A program made the translations under genes and the position numbers. From an uncultured Desulfospira sp. (GTDB lineage Bacteria; Desulfobacterota; Desulfobacteria; Desulfobacterales; Desulfobacteraceae): a stretch of 64,000 nucleotides of DNA. The notes under the pieces are model-generated. The model had not been told where the DNA came from. It saw only the letters and a program-made list of their open reading frames with translations, and did no database searches. The number at the start of each line of letters is the position of its first letter. The first letter of the stretch is position 1. The stretch covers positions 5,600,001 through 5,664,000 of the forward strand of contig OY760175.1 of assembly GCA_963663165.1 (NCBI GenBank). The letters are read 5' to 3'. Shown piece after piece: positions 9,938-18,868 of the stretch.

Positions 9938-10065
9938 GCACAACGGGGAGCTCAGCCGACCGGGGGCATACAGCCAAGCAGGTTGTCGAAGCCAAATTTT
10001 TTCAAAAACCAAAAGCTTTTAAAAAGCCGCTATCCCCCCGGGTCGGCTGCAGCGTTTTGTTATCT
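9938..10065 (-). repeat. attC site 5 (family A)
   Basis: gcacaac...gttatct. Confidence 0.9.
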
Positions 10066-10066
10066 T

Positions 10067-10378
10067 TTATTTTAAAATGGGATTCATAAAACTACGTTCA
10101 TGACTTATGATACACCGTGTTTTTTCAGAATGTTCAAATGCCTTTATACATTCAGGATCTTTCCTCATTTTATCCCGATAGGTTTCATACTCCGCAAGAG
10201 AAGGGAAACTGAATAATGCCACTGCAATATTATTGGCGCCTTCATGTGGTAAAAAATATCCATGATGAGTTCCGCCAAACTTGTTGACCAGGGGAATCCA
10301 CATCTTTGCATAAACTTCGAAATCTTTTATTTTATAAGGATCGATAACATATCTCAGATAGCAAGTAATCATAGTCAC
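10067..10378 (-). CDS. NIPSNAP-family protein (cassette)
   Basis: ITCYLRYVIDP...FGGTHHGYFLPHEGANNIAVALFSFPSLAEYE. Confidence 0.85.
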   Translation of the reverse strand: MTMITCYLRYVIDPYKIKDFEVYAKMWIPLVNKFGGTHHGYFLPHEGANNIAVALFSFPSLAEYETYRDKMRKDPECIKAFEHSEKTRCIISHERSFMNPILK

Positions 10379-10608
10379 TCCGTTTCAGAAATTTTGTACA
10401 ACTTGTCAAGCACCCGACACCGCATCCTTAACCAACCAAGTATCAGTTAGAACATGATTTTTTATTGGTCGATCGAGTCACCTAAATCTGTCAAAGTTTG
10501 CCATGTCTGATGGTACTACTTTAAGCATATTTTAAATTTGGAATCAAAGTCCTTTTTTCTTTTATAATCCGATTTAGTTTGGGCGATATTCTTCCGTTTG
10601 TTTTTTGA

Positions 10609-10738
10609 AGATAACGGGGAGCTGAGGGGCCAGGCTTTTAAACCCAAAAAGCTCCGATAAAAGTTTAAATTTTCCTGAACCAGGCACTTCCGAAAAGCCG
10701 CTCTGTAAGCCTGGTCCCTCTCCAGCGTTTTGTTGTGC
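10609..10738 (-). repeat. attC site 6 (family B)
   Basis: agataac...gttgtgc. Confidence 0.9.
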
Positions 10739-10745
10739 AATATTT

Positions 10746-11408
10746 TTAAAAAGTTATAGACCCAGATGTATCGTTCTCCTTTGTCAACTCAGTAATTAAC
10801 AATCTAATATTTTCCCCTTTTTTTGTATGAGGTGGGAACAACTCCTTAAGGAAATATAATGCATCATAGCCATCTGGGATTGTTGCGTAATAAAATTCTT
10901 GAGCTATTTCGCTAAAATTTAATAAATTATTTTCCTTATTACATGCGATGGTAAACCGTGAAATAAGCTCCTTGAGAATATTTTCAAATTCATGATAATA
11001 GGCTAAATCATATAAGAGCTGAACGTGTGTAGGTCGTTGATCAAGGCCATACAAAAGAAGGGCTTTAAGATTTTTATTTGCTTTCTTGAAATATTTTCTA
11101 ATCAATGGATGATTGGGATGTTGAGCATCTCGTTCAGCGTCAAATATTTGTAATGTCTTTTCAGATAATTCTTTCTTGCCGTCAAAATATGAAACTAAAT
11201 ATTTTTGGTTGGAATTTTGAGGAACAGCATTATTTTCTTCTTTTTCTTCAAAATCTTCTTCCTCGTAATATTCAAAACCAATTTCTTCTAAAGTTTCACG
11301 GAAATTGCCTGGCTGATCTTTTAGGATATTATCAACTTTCTCAAAAACCATTTCGTTTTTTATTTTCTGATAATCATTGAGAAACGAATCCTCTTTTTTC
11401 TTTCCCAT
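10746..11408 (-). CDS. Cassette hypothetical protein (acidic, helical)
   Basis: 220-aa ORF ending just before attC6. Confidence 0.75.
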   Translation of the reverse strand: MGKKKEDSFLNDYQKIKNEMVFEKVDNILKDQPGNFRETLEEIGFEYYEEEDFEEKEENNAVPQNSNQKYLVSYFDGKKELSEKTLQIFDAERDAQHPNHPLIRKYFKKANKNLKALLLYGLDQRPTHVQLLYDLAYYHEFENILKELISRFTIACNKENNLLNFSEIAQEFYYATIPDGYDALYFLKELFPPHTKKGENIRLLITELTKENDTSGSITF

Positions 11409-11594
11409 GTTGTAGTGAATTCCTCTTTTTTTATCCTCCGTCTAAGCGATGAAATGAAGTTTCCAAAACCAACTTCTCTGATCAACCGACTCGTTTTGGT
11501 CATCACTATCTGAAATTATCCAGCCCCAATATATTATGTTTGTTTTGAAAAGCCAAAATCCTTTTCATTGGAGACTATCCGTTCCCGTTTTGAA

Positions 11595-11725
11595 GCACAA
11601 CGGGGAGCTGAGGGGCCAGGCTTCTTAAACCCCAAAAGCTCCGATAAAAAGATAAATTTTCCTGAACCAGGGACTCCCGAAAGGCCGCGCAGTAAGCCTG
11701 GTCCCTCTCCAGCGTTTTGTTGTGC
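11595..11725 (-). repeat. attC site 7 (family B)
   Basis: gcacaac...gttgtgc. Confidence 0.9.
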
Positions 11726-11830
11726 AATATTCTTAAGAAAGCAGACCCTCTCTCAAAGTCGATAATTAATTTATTGTTTTATTAAATTGATTATAGCTGT
11801 CTTTGGCTGTAGCGTTTTGTTCAGTTTCTT

Positions 11831-12352
11831 TCAATTTTTTTTCATCCACTTTTTTTTAAAGTCTTCTTTTGATGTGATGAATTTACGTTCCAATATAATT
11901 GCAGTAAAACCGTGTTTTGTGGCTTTGTCTGCAAAGGAATCTAAGTGGTCGGCACCGCACACAAACAACATAGGGTCCACAAACGCAGAACTGAGTTTCT
12001 CTATCCACGCATCTTCGATCATGTTGAAGTAACGTTGCGTTTCCTGCTCAACTTTGCTTTGTGACCAATCATACTGAAACTTCTGAATATCAATGTCTTG
12101 TAAGCCAAGGATTCCTCTTTGCGCCCTTTCCTCTCGGGTAATGCCACAATACTTGTGTGGAATATGCATTCTATCCGCAAAGCACTTGAGGATAGTTTTG
12201 CTTTCCCCCACATCAGAGAGACCATCTAAGCTCATCTCCTCCCCAAGTGAACGAATATCATGACTGCTAAATATCTCTTTTATGTAAGCCTCGAATTCAG
12301 GTGATGGGTCCGTCTGCTGGTCATGAGTAACACCAAGTATGTATATTTGCAT
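11831..12352 (-). CDS. Cassette protein, possibly TraB/Tiki/EreA-like metalloenzyme fold
   Basis: YILGVTH, LGEE and LFVCGADH motifs. Confidence 0.55.
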   Translation of the reverse strand: MQIYILGVTHDQQTDPSPEFEAYIKEIFSSHDIRSLGEEMSLDGLSDVGESKTILKCFADRMHIPHKYCGITREERAQRGILGLQDIDIQKFQYDWSQSKVEQETQRYFNMIEDAWIEKLSSAFVDPMLFVCGADHLDSFADKATKHGFTAIILERKFITSKEDFKKKWMKKN

Positions 12353-12510
12353 ATGTTACCCCCCCCCCCCCCCTCCTATTCTGATTCAATCTGTCCTATT
12401 AAATTGAATTTTGAAGGGTTCTTGAAGAATAAGGAGTTTATAAAATTAGCCTTCAATAATTCCGACAAGCCAAACTTGTTATTAGTTAACCATCCCCGCT
12501 CCGTATCAAA

Positions 12511-12640
12511 GCACAACGGGGAGCTGAGGGGCCAGGCTTTTAAACCCAAAAAGCTCCGATAAAAGTTTAAATTTTCCTGAACCAGGGACTCAGAAAAGGC
12601 CGCTCTGTAAGCCTGGTCCCTCTCCAGCGTTTTGTTGTGC
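12511..12640 (-). repeat. attC site 8 (family B)
   Basis: gcacaac...gttgtgc. Confidence 0.9.
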
Positions 12641-12905
12641 ATATTTTTCCGTAACAATTATGAAAATAATATAAAAAATGTATTTTTAAAAAAATGGTCT
12701 GGAATCCTTCGTCCCAATGGTCTTTATCTAAAACATATTCATCTATTGAGAAGCCATTAGGGCGATCTTTAAAGCCAGAAACATCTTTTAGTCTATCCAC
12801 AGCCTTTTGGGCTATGAATAACGAACTATAAATTCCAATGATTTTTAAATCTTCTGTCTCATCGTCGAACTGGTGAACGTGTTGAACTAAAAATACCTTA
12901 ACCAT
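12567..12905 (-). CDS. Small cassette protein; plausible coding part ends at about 12686 and the ORF reads through into attC8
   Basis: VFLVQH...KIIGIYSS...GFSIDEYVLDKDHWDEGF followed by an implausible tail. Confidence 0.6.
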   Translation of the reverse strand: MVKVFLVQHVHQFDDETEDLKIIGIYSSLFIAQKAVDRLKDVSGFKDRPNGFSIDEYVLDKDHWDEGFQTIFLKIHFLYYFHNCYGKICTTKRWRGTRLTERPFLSPWFRKI

Positions 12906-12936
12906 GATTGTTTACCATCACGTTTGAATAATCTTT

Positions 12937-13029
12937 TTATATGAAAGAGTTCAATAAGCCATTGAGTTCTTTCTACTTTCGTTGTGGGCTGCACCTCAGT
13001 GCTGATATGTCAAGTCGGCCCGTGGCTGT
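12937..13029. repeat. Diverged copy of the 91-bp double-hairpin repeat
   Basis: ttatatgaaag...ctttc...tcgttgtgggc...cggcccgtggctgt, followed again by ttatatgaaa. Confidence 0.7.
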
Positions 13030-13422
13030 TTATATGAAATTTTCTTTTTCCAGGTTATTTTCTTCAAATAGGGTTTTATATAGGTCCAAGGAACTGCCTG
13101 TTTTTAAATATCTTGTGATTTCCTTGTTGACTTCACTTCGGAGTCCCATCTGTTGCATACATAAAACAAGACATATTGAAGCAGTTTCAGATTTTGGCGA
13201 CAATTCCACGGATTTTTGTGCCCACGGTAAAGCTTTTTTGGGATCATTCAACTCTGAATAAAGCAGGGAAGCTATCATGCCAACAACGGGACCATAGGCT
13301 CCATTGTTTTCGATGATTTCTCTACACTTCTCAACGGCTTCTGTATATTTGCCAGAATTCTTTAATTCAACAGCTTTTTTGAACTCAGTTTCGTAAATTT
13401 TTTCCATATTTGACAATATCAA
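13030..13422 (-). CDS. TPR-like cassette protein (start may be ATG 13407)
   Basis: Helical-repeat pattern GKYTEAVEK / KKALPWAQKSVELSPKS. Confidence 0.7.
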   Translation of the reverse strand: MILSNMEKIYETEFKKAVELKNSGKYTEAVEKCREIIENNGAYGPVVGMIASLLYSELNDPKKALPWAQKSVELSPKSETASICLVLCMQQMGLRSEVNKEITRYLKTGSSLDLYKTLFEENNLEKENFI

Positions 13423-13484
13423 AAGAAGTTTTTCTTGGATTCAATAGTCAAGTTTAATTGGAGATTATCCGTCCCCGTTTTGAA

Positions 13485-13611
13485 GCACAACGGGGAGCTC
13501 AGCCGACCGGGGCATATAACCGAGCAGGTTGTCGAAGCCAAGTTCTTTCGAAAACCAAGAGTTTTCGAAAAGCCGCTAGCCCCCCGGGTCGGCTGCAGCG
13601 TTTTGTTATCA
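13485..13611 (-). repeat. attC site 9 (family A)
   Basis: gcacaac...gttatca. Confidence 0.9.
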
Positions 13612-13621
13612 TAATTTTTGA

Positions 13622-13912
13622 TCAAGCATGAAGGGCTTCAAGTACCGCTTTAGGGTTTTTGGAGGCGATACGTAACAAGGCTTTTGCAGGGCCTTCTGGT
13701 TTCCTCCTCCCTTGTTCCCAATTTTGAAGAGTTCTTACGCTTACTCCTATCATCATGGCAAATTCAGACTGTGAAACGCTTAAAGTCTTCCGAACCATTT
13801 TAATTTCAGGAGCTTCAATCTCAAAAACTCGGCTTGGTTTCTTTTTTTCGGTTTTTATATCGCCAGCTTCTTTTATGCTTGAAAGCAACATATCAAAAGC
13901 TTCTTTTTTCAT
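13622..13912 (-). CDS. higA: HigA-type XRE HTH antitoxin
   Basis: SQSEFAMMIGVSVRTLQNWEQGRRKPEGPAKALL. Confidence 0.85.
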   Translation of the reverse strand: MKKEAFDMLLSSIKEAGDIKTEKKKPSRVFEIEAPEIKMVRKTLSVSQSEFAMMIGVSVRTLQNWEQGRRKPEGPAKALLRIASKNPKAVLEALHA

Positions 13913-14223
13913 AATAAATTCTCCGTTAATGCTTTTTTCAAGATTTTGACTTGTTCGAGGGTTAAATCTTCTTGTTCGTTTTTCTTGTACATGAACAGCA
14001 TGTAGATCGTTTCGGGTTGATCAAAATAGTAAATAACCCGTAAAGCCCCTCTTTTGCCTGCACCAGGTAATTTCCAACGAATTTTACGAATTCCTCCACT
14101 TCCTTTAATAATTGCCCCTGCACCTGGATTTAACATTAAAGCAGATTGCAATACTCGATAACTCGAGTCGGGTAGAAGCTTCAGAACTTGCTTGGTAAAT
14201 ATTGATGTTTCAATGAATTCCAT
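13909..14223 (-). CDS. higB: HigB/RelE-family toxin
   Basis: FIETSIF...GSGGIRKIRW...GKRGALRVIYY...YKKNEQEDLT; toxin-first order with ATGA overlap. Confidence 0.85.
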   Translation of the reverse strand: MEFIETSIFTKQVLKLLPDSSYRVLQSALMLNPGAGAIIKGSGGIRKIRWKLPGAGKRGALRVIYYFDQPETIYMLFMYKKNEQEDLTLEQVKILKKALTENLL

Positions 14224-14229
14224 AACACA

Positions 14230-14258
14230 ACAATACGCCATTGACGTATTTAAGTCAA
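14230..14258 (-). promoter_or_regulatory. higBA promoter with operator palindrome; leaderless mRNA likely
   Basis: TTGACT-17-TATTGT, 6 nt before ATG 14223; palindrome AATACGCCATTGACGTATT at 14232-14250. Confidence 0.75.
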
Positions 14259-14276
14259 GATGGAGATGGTTTTAAA

Positions 14277-14334
14277 TGATAACAGTGAAATAGGCAGAAT
14301 GGGCCAATAGTATAATAGGCAGATTCTGTCTATT
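14277..14334 (-). other. Candidate attI site
   Basis: GTTATCA core (14277-14283) matches attC9 R'' but has no attC upstream; AATAGGCAGA at 14289 and 14314 plus an inverted copy at 14325. Confidence 0.7.
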
Positions 14335-15074
14335 GTCTAAAAATATTCCGTTTTCCTTTTAATTTGTCTGTATATACATCCTATGGAACCTTAATATACA
14401 GATTTCAGATTCAAAGGACACAATTAACATGTGAAATCGGTTAAGTGAGCATCCACTTTAATTTTATGTGTATGGTGCTACTTTTAAATACCCCTTCCTT
14501 ATATATTATTTGCACCCTGCAAAGAATACTGCAAGTCAGACATTTTGAAATTTGGCTCATCAAACAATACGCAACGCCGAATCTCCTTTTGATCATCATG
14601 GCACCAAGGGAACTCCGGCCATTCCCTGGGTATGTCTTGACGCAAATTCGAAATCCGGCCCATGCATTGAAAATTATATTCAAAGCATGGGCTTTTACTC
14701 TAAAAACAAATTGAACAAACGCTGGTCTCGTCTTAAATTATATGCAAGTTCTATGCAAAGTGAACCGATTGCGAATGGTGTAGGAAAAAAAATAAAAGAA
14801 AATTCGGAATCCTTTTCCAGTTCGGCATGTTGGCTGAATAATAAATTAAAATTATAATATGAATCTAATTTAATTGATTGTAACCCTTCATATTTAGTCC
14901 ATATGTCAGGGTTGGTGTGTAAAATCGGTAATAGTTTTAGGAAATAAATGTAACAGTGGTATGTAAAATTTTTCCTACCTAAGAGAGAGGCATTGATCCT
15001 TGAGGCCAGGGATAGGATATTGGGTTATTTTGATAGGGGGTGTTACCTTAGATACTCCCCCGGATTTTCGAAAG

Positions 15075-17264
15075 TTACCCCTGCATCAGCATGTCTTTGA
15101 GGCCTGACCGGCGAAGCCGGGTCTGGTTGTTTTCAAAGGCGATTTCAAAGGCCCGGGATGATCCCACAATGATGGTCAGCTCCCGGCCCCGTGTGATGGC
15201 CGTGTAAAGCAGGTTGCGCTGTAGAAGGGGGAAATGGGCCCGGGTCAGGGCGATGATCACGGCCGGGTATTCCGAACCCTGGGATTTGTGGATGGAGACC
15301 GCATAGGCCAGGGTCAGCTCATCTAACTCCGGCACGTCGTATGCCACGGTACGGCCTTCGAAATCCACGGCTACCCGCCCCTCTTTTTTGTCCACAGAAA
15401 GGATGGTGCCGATGTCCCCGTTGAACACGTCTTTTTCATAGTTGTTTTTCAGGTGCATGACCTTGTCCCCTTCTCGAAACACCATGCCCCGGCTGGGGAT
15501 ACCGTCTTTGTCCGGGTTCAGGACGGCCTGGAGCTGCTGGTTCAAGTTAATGGTGCCGGCGTCTCCCCGGTGCATGGGGGTGAGCACCTGGACTTCGTCG
15601 ATATGGGGAAAGGCTTTGGGAATCCGGTTTGAACACAGCTCCTGGATGGTTTCCACCACCCGGGCAGGATTATGGGTTTCGATAAAATAAAATTCAGACA
15701 GGCTGTCCTTGTCCGGCTTTTGTTTCAGATCGGGGAGTTTACCGTTCCTGATGCTGTGGGCATGGGCGATGATGGGGCTTTGTTCGGCCTGGCGGAAAAT
15801 TCGGGTCAATGAAAATACCTTGACCTGGTCTGATTCAATGATGTCGGACAGCACGTTACCCGGGCCTACCGAGGGCAGCTGAAAGGTGTCACCCACCAGG
15901 ATCAGAAAGGCCCTTGCCGGCATGGCCTCCATCAGGTGGTACATGAGGAGGGTGTCCACCATAGACGCCTCATCCACCACAAAGACGTCCAGGTTAAGGG
16001 GGTTGGTAAAGCCGTATTCAAACTGTCCCGTGTCCTGGTTGTACCCCAAAAGCTTGTGAAGGGTGAACGCCTTTTTACCGGTCACCTCGGACAGGCGGCG
16101 GGCCGCCCTGCCCGTGGGCGCCCCTAAAACCACCGAGAGGCGAAGCTTTCTGAACACCGCGCACAGTGCCCGGATGAGGGTGGTTTTGCCGGTGCCGGGC
16201 CCGCCGCTAATCACGGATATTTTTCGGGCAATCACCTGGGACACCACATGGAGCTGTTCTTCGGAGAGCTTCACAGCCAGGGTGGAAAGGACCTGTTCTA
16301 AAATGTCATCGTCACTGACGTGGTATTCGGGGACAGGCATGGACAGCAGTGCCTTGATTCTTGATGCGATCAGGTTCTCAGCCTTAAACATGTGGCTTAG
16401 GTAAACCCGCTCCTGGAGACTGCCGGTATCCTGATCTCCATTGGCGTCGGGCAGGTCCGGGGTAAAGATGGTGATTTCTCCGTCCCTTTCCAGGTCCCTT
16501 AAACAGTCCTCAATGATGCCTGAACTGACCCCGGCGGTTCTTGCGCAGTCGGCAATGAGTTCCTGCTTTGGGGCATAGACATGGCCGTCCTGCTCAAAGG
16601 CGGCCAGCCGGCAGAGCAGGCAGGCAGACAGGCGGCCAGCGTCCTCTTTTTCAAATCCCAAGGACCGGGCCAGCCGGTCGGCAGCCTTGAAATCCAGGGC
16701 CGGAATATCCCGGGCCAGCCGGTAGGGCTCGGTTTCAAGAACGTCTAATGCATTGGCACCATAGGTTTTTAAAATAGGGCCGGCATGGGACAGGCCCAAA
16801 CCCTTGTCCTGGAGGAATCCCATGACCCGCCGCACGGAATGGTGGCGGTTCCATGCCCTTTCAATGGCCTGTCTTTTGGCCTTGCCGATGCCGTGAACTT
16901 CCAGGAGTTTGTGCGGCTGGTTTTCAATGATCTCAAGGGTCTGTTCGCCAAACCGGTCCACGATCCGGTCGCAAAGGGAATGGCTTAAGCCCTTGATCAG
17001 CCCGGACCCTAAGTATTTCCGGATTCCGGATATGGTGGCCGGGAGGGTGACCTTAAACGACTGGACGCTGAACTGGTCCCCGTATTTGGGGTGGGCCGTC
17101 CATTTTCCTTCAAGGCTTAAGGTTTCTCCTTCAGATACCCCGGGCAGGCAGCCGGTTACGGTAATGGGATCGGCAACCCCCGGCACCCGGAGTCTGCAGA
17201 CCGTATAATGGTTGTCGGGGTTCTGGAAGGTGATTCCGGTGAGAACGCCTTTAATGGTGATCAT
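15075..17264 (-). CDS. recD2: ATP-dependent RecD-like helicase RecD2
   Basis: HPKYGDQF, HhH repeats, GGPGTGKT, VDEASM, HKSQGSE. Confidence 0.95.
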   Translation of the reverse strand: MITIKGVLTGITFQNPDNHYTVCRLRVPGVADPITVTGCLPGVSEGETLSLEGKWTAHPKYGDQFSVQSFKVTLPATISGIRKYLGSGLIKGLSHSLCDRIVDRFGEQTLEIIENQPHKLLEVHGIGKAKRQAIERAWNRHHSVRRVMGFLQDKGLGLSHAGPILKTYGANALDVLETEPYRLARDIPALDFKAADRLARSLGFEKEDAGRLSACLLCRLAAFEQDGHVYAPKQELIADCARTAGVSSGIIEDCLRDLERDGEITIFTPDLPDANGDQDTGSLQERVYLSHMFKAENLIASRIKALLSMPVPEYHVSDDDILEQVLSTLAVKLSEEQLHVVSQVIARKISVISGGPGTGKTTLIRALCAVFRKLRLSVVLGAPTGRAARRLSEVTGKKAFTLHKLLGYNQDTGQFEYGFTNPLNLDVFVVDEASMVDTLLMYHLMEAMPARAFLILVGDTFQLPSVGPGNVLSDIIESDQVKVFSLTRIFRQAEQSPIIAHAHSIRNGKLPDLKQKPDKDSLSEFYFIETHNPARVVETIQELCSNRIPKAFPHIDEVQVLTPMHRGDAGTINLNQQLQAVLNPDKDGIPSRGMVFREGDKVMHLKNNYEKDVFNGDIGTILSVDKKEGRVAVDFEGRTVAYDVPELDELTLAYAVSIHKSQGSEYPAVIIALTRAHFPLLQRNLLYTAITRGRELTIIVGSSRAFEIAFENNQTRLRRSGLKDMLMQG

Positions 17265-17311
17265 GGCATTCTGAAAGGATGAGGGATGAAGGATGAAAAG
17301 GGCGCATCGTG

Positions 17312-17875
17312 CTAAGACCGGCCGTCGATGATCCAGCGGGCGGCCTGGTACAGGTTGTCGGCAAAATGGTCCGGGGTGATGCCCTTTTGCTTTAAGGCCT
17401 TGCGGGCCGAAGGGCCTCTGCCAGTGGCCACCAGACAGGTGGCGCCGCATCCCCCATTTATGCCGCATTCTATGTCCCTGGCTGAGTCTCCTATCATGAC
17501 GGTGGTGCCAAGGTCTATGGCGTATTTTTTTTGGGCCTGATGGATCAGGCCGGGCAGGGGCTTTCTACAGGAACAGCCCTGGTCCGGCGCATGGGGACAA
17601 TAAAAAACGTCTTTTATCCGGCCCCCGGCGGCTGCAATGCCCTTTGTCATTTTTTCAAAAATGGCTTCAAGAGCGTCAAGGCCTACCATTTCACGGCCGA
17701 TCATGGACTGGTTGGTGATGATAATCACCTCAAACCCGTTTTGGTTGAGCAGGGCCACGGCTTCCGGGCTCTGGGGAATAAAGAAAAATTCCTCCGGGGA
17801 CTTGATATAGGCGTCAGAATCTTCATTAATGACCCCGTCCCGGTCCAGAAAAATTATTTTTTCACTGTGGCCCAT
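17312..17875 (-). CDS. gmhB: D-glycero-D-manno-heptose 1,7-bisphosphate phosphatase
   Basis: FLDRDGVIN, ITNQS, CPH...CSCRKP, MIGDS. Confidence 0.9.
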   Translation of the reverse strand: MGHSEKIIFLDRDGVINEDSDAYIKSPEEFFFIPQSPEAVALLNQNGFEVIIITNQSMIGREMVGLDALEAIFEKMTKGIAAAGGRIKDVFYCPHAPDQGCSCRKPLPGLIHQAQKKYAIDLGTTVMIGDSARDIECGINGGCGATCLVATGRGPSARKALKQKGITPDHFADNLYQAARWIIDGRS

Positions 17876-18070
17876 AATATCTTTATTAGGTAAATAGGCT
17901 GAAGGCTGAAGGCGTTTAGGTTTGGTATCTGGCGGGAAACCAGTGTTTGGGCGCAAAGTTGCCCAGATGCAAGGCGCAGAAAAATTTGCAACCGGAGCAA
18001 CCATGGGGTTGTGAGGATTGCAGATTTTTCTGCAACGCAGCAGATGGGTGGCTTTGCGTTCAAACACCAT

Positions 18071-18868
18071 TTATTCTCCTACGGGGAAGGCGCTCTTAAA
18101 CAATCCCCTCTCCACAATCCGGTCGCTGAACTGCATGGCATCGTTAGCATTGGAAAAATGCCCGATCCTTACCCTGTAAAACCTTCCCCGGTAATCCTCA
18201 TAGGTGACCATGTGGGCGTTCTGATAGGATCTGGCCAGCATGTCCCGGTAGCTCTGGGCATTGGCAAAGCTTTTAAACGCCCCCACCTGTACCGAGAAAT
18301 TCCCCTTCCAGTAATCCATGGGTTTGAATTTAATGGGCGTGTGGCTGTTTTTGGCATAGGAAACCGCGCTGCCTAGGGCGGTGACCCTGACCTTTGCCGT
18401 GCCCTTGTCCGCAATGCCGATTTTTTTGGCCCCGGTATAAGACAGGTCTATGATCCGTCCTCGCACAAACGGTCCCCTGTCATTGATTCTTACCCTGATT
18501 TTTTGGCCGTTTTCAAGGTTATGAACCTCTACCCAGGTTTCCATGGGAAGGGTTTTATGGGCCGCGGTCATGGCATACATGTTATAGGTTTCGCCGTTGG
18601 AGGTTTTCCGGCCATGGAATTTTTTGCCGTACCAGGACGCAATCCCGGTCTGGGAAAATCCATTGGCGTCAGGAATGGGGTAGTATTTTTTCCCTTTTAT
18701 CCGGTAGGGTTTCTGGGTGGCCGGGGCAGTGTTTGAGTCATAGTCCCGGGAGGAATAACTGCCGTAGTAATCGGCTTCCACCTGTTTGGAACAGCCGGCC
18801 AGAAAAAAAATGATCAGGATCAAGAAACCGATCAGGGCAGGCAATGAGTTCAATAATTGGGGTTTCAT
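18071..18868 (-). CDS. rlpA: Septal ring lytic transglycosylase RlpA (DPBB + SPOR)
   Basis: Lipobox LAGC, GIASWYG, TAAHKTLP, INDRGPF, SPOR VQVGAF. Confidence 0.95.
   Translation of the reverse strand: MKPQLLNSLPALIGFLILIIFFLAGCSKQVEADYYGSYSSRDYDSNTAPATQKPYRIKGKKYYPIPDANGFSQTGIASWYGKKFHGRKTSNGETYNMYAMTAAHKTLPMETWVEVHNLENGQKIRVRINDRGPFVRGRIIDLSYTGAKKIGIADKGTAKVRVTALGSAVSYAKNSHTPIKFKPMDYWKGNFSVQVGAFKSFANAQSYRDMLARSYQNAHMVTYEDYRGRFYRVRIGHFSNANDAMQFSDRIVERGLFKSAFPVGE

Larger units (their letters stand above)
2925..14283 (-). mobile_element. Integron gene-cassette array (9 cassettes, 9 attC sites, no integrase in the window)
   Basis: Nine 126-131 bp imperfect palindromes bounded by AAC/GTT, each downstream of a minus-strand ORF; each cassette's R' 7-mer is complementary to its own R''. 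Confidence 0.95.

Noticed and set aside
10516..12657. ORFs 10516-10740, 11568-11765, 12323-12562, 12376-12657 (also 8794-9009, 13419-13625)
   Set aside because: They are translations through attC repeats, which explains their mutual similarity
2925..13611. Repeats as a CRISPR array
   Set aside because: About 130-bp palindromes separated by gene-sized segments and no cas genes; they fit attC
14441..14857. Short ORFs as integrase remnants
   Set aside because: No tyrosine-recombinase R/HxxR/Y motifs in the ORFs examined
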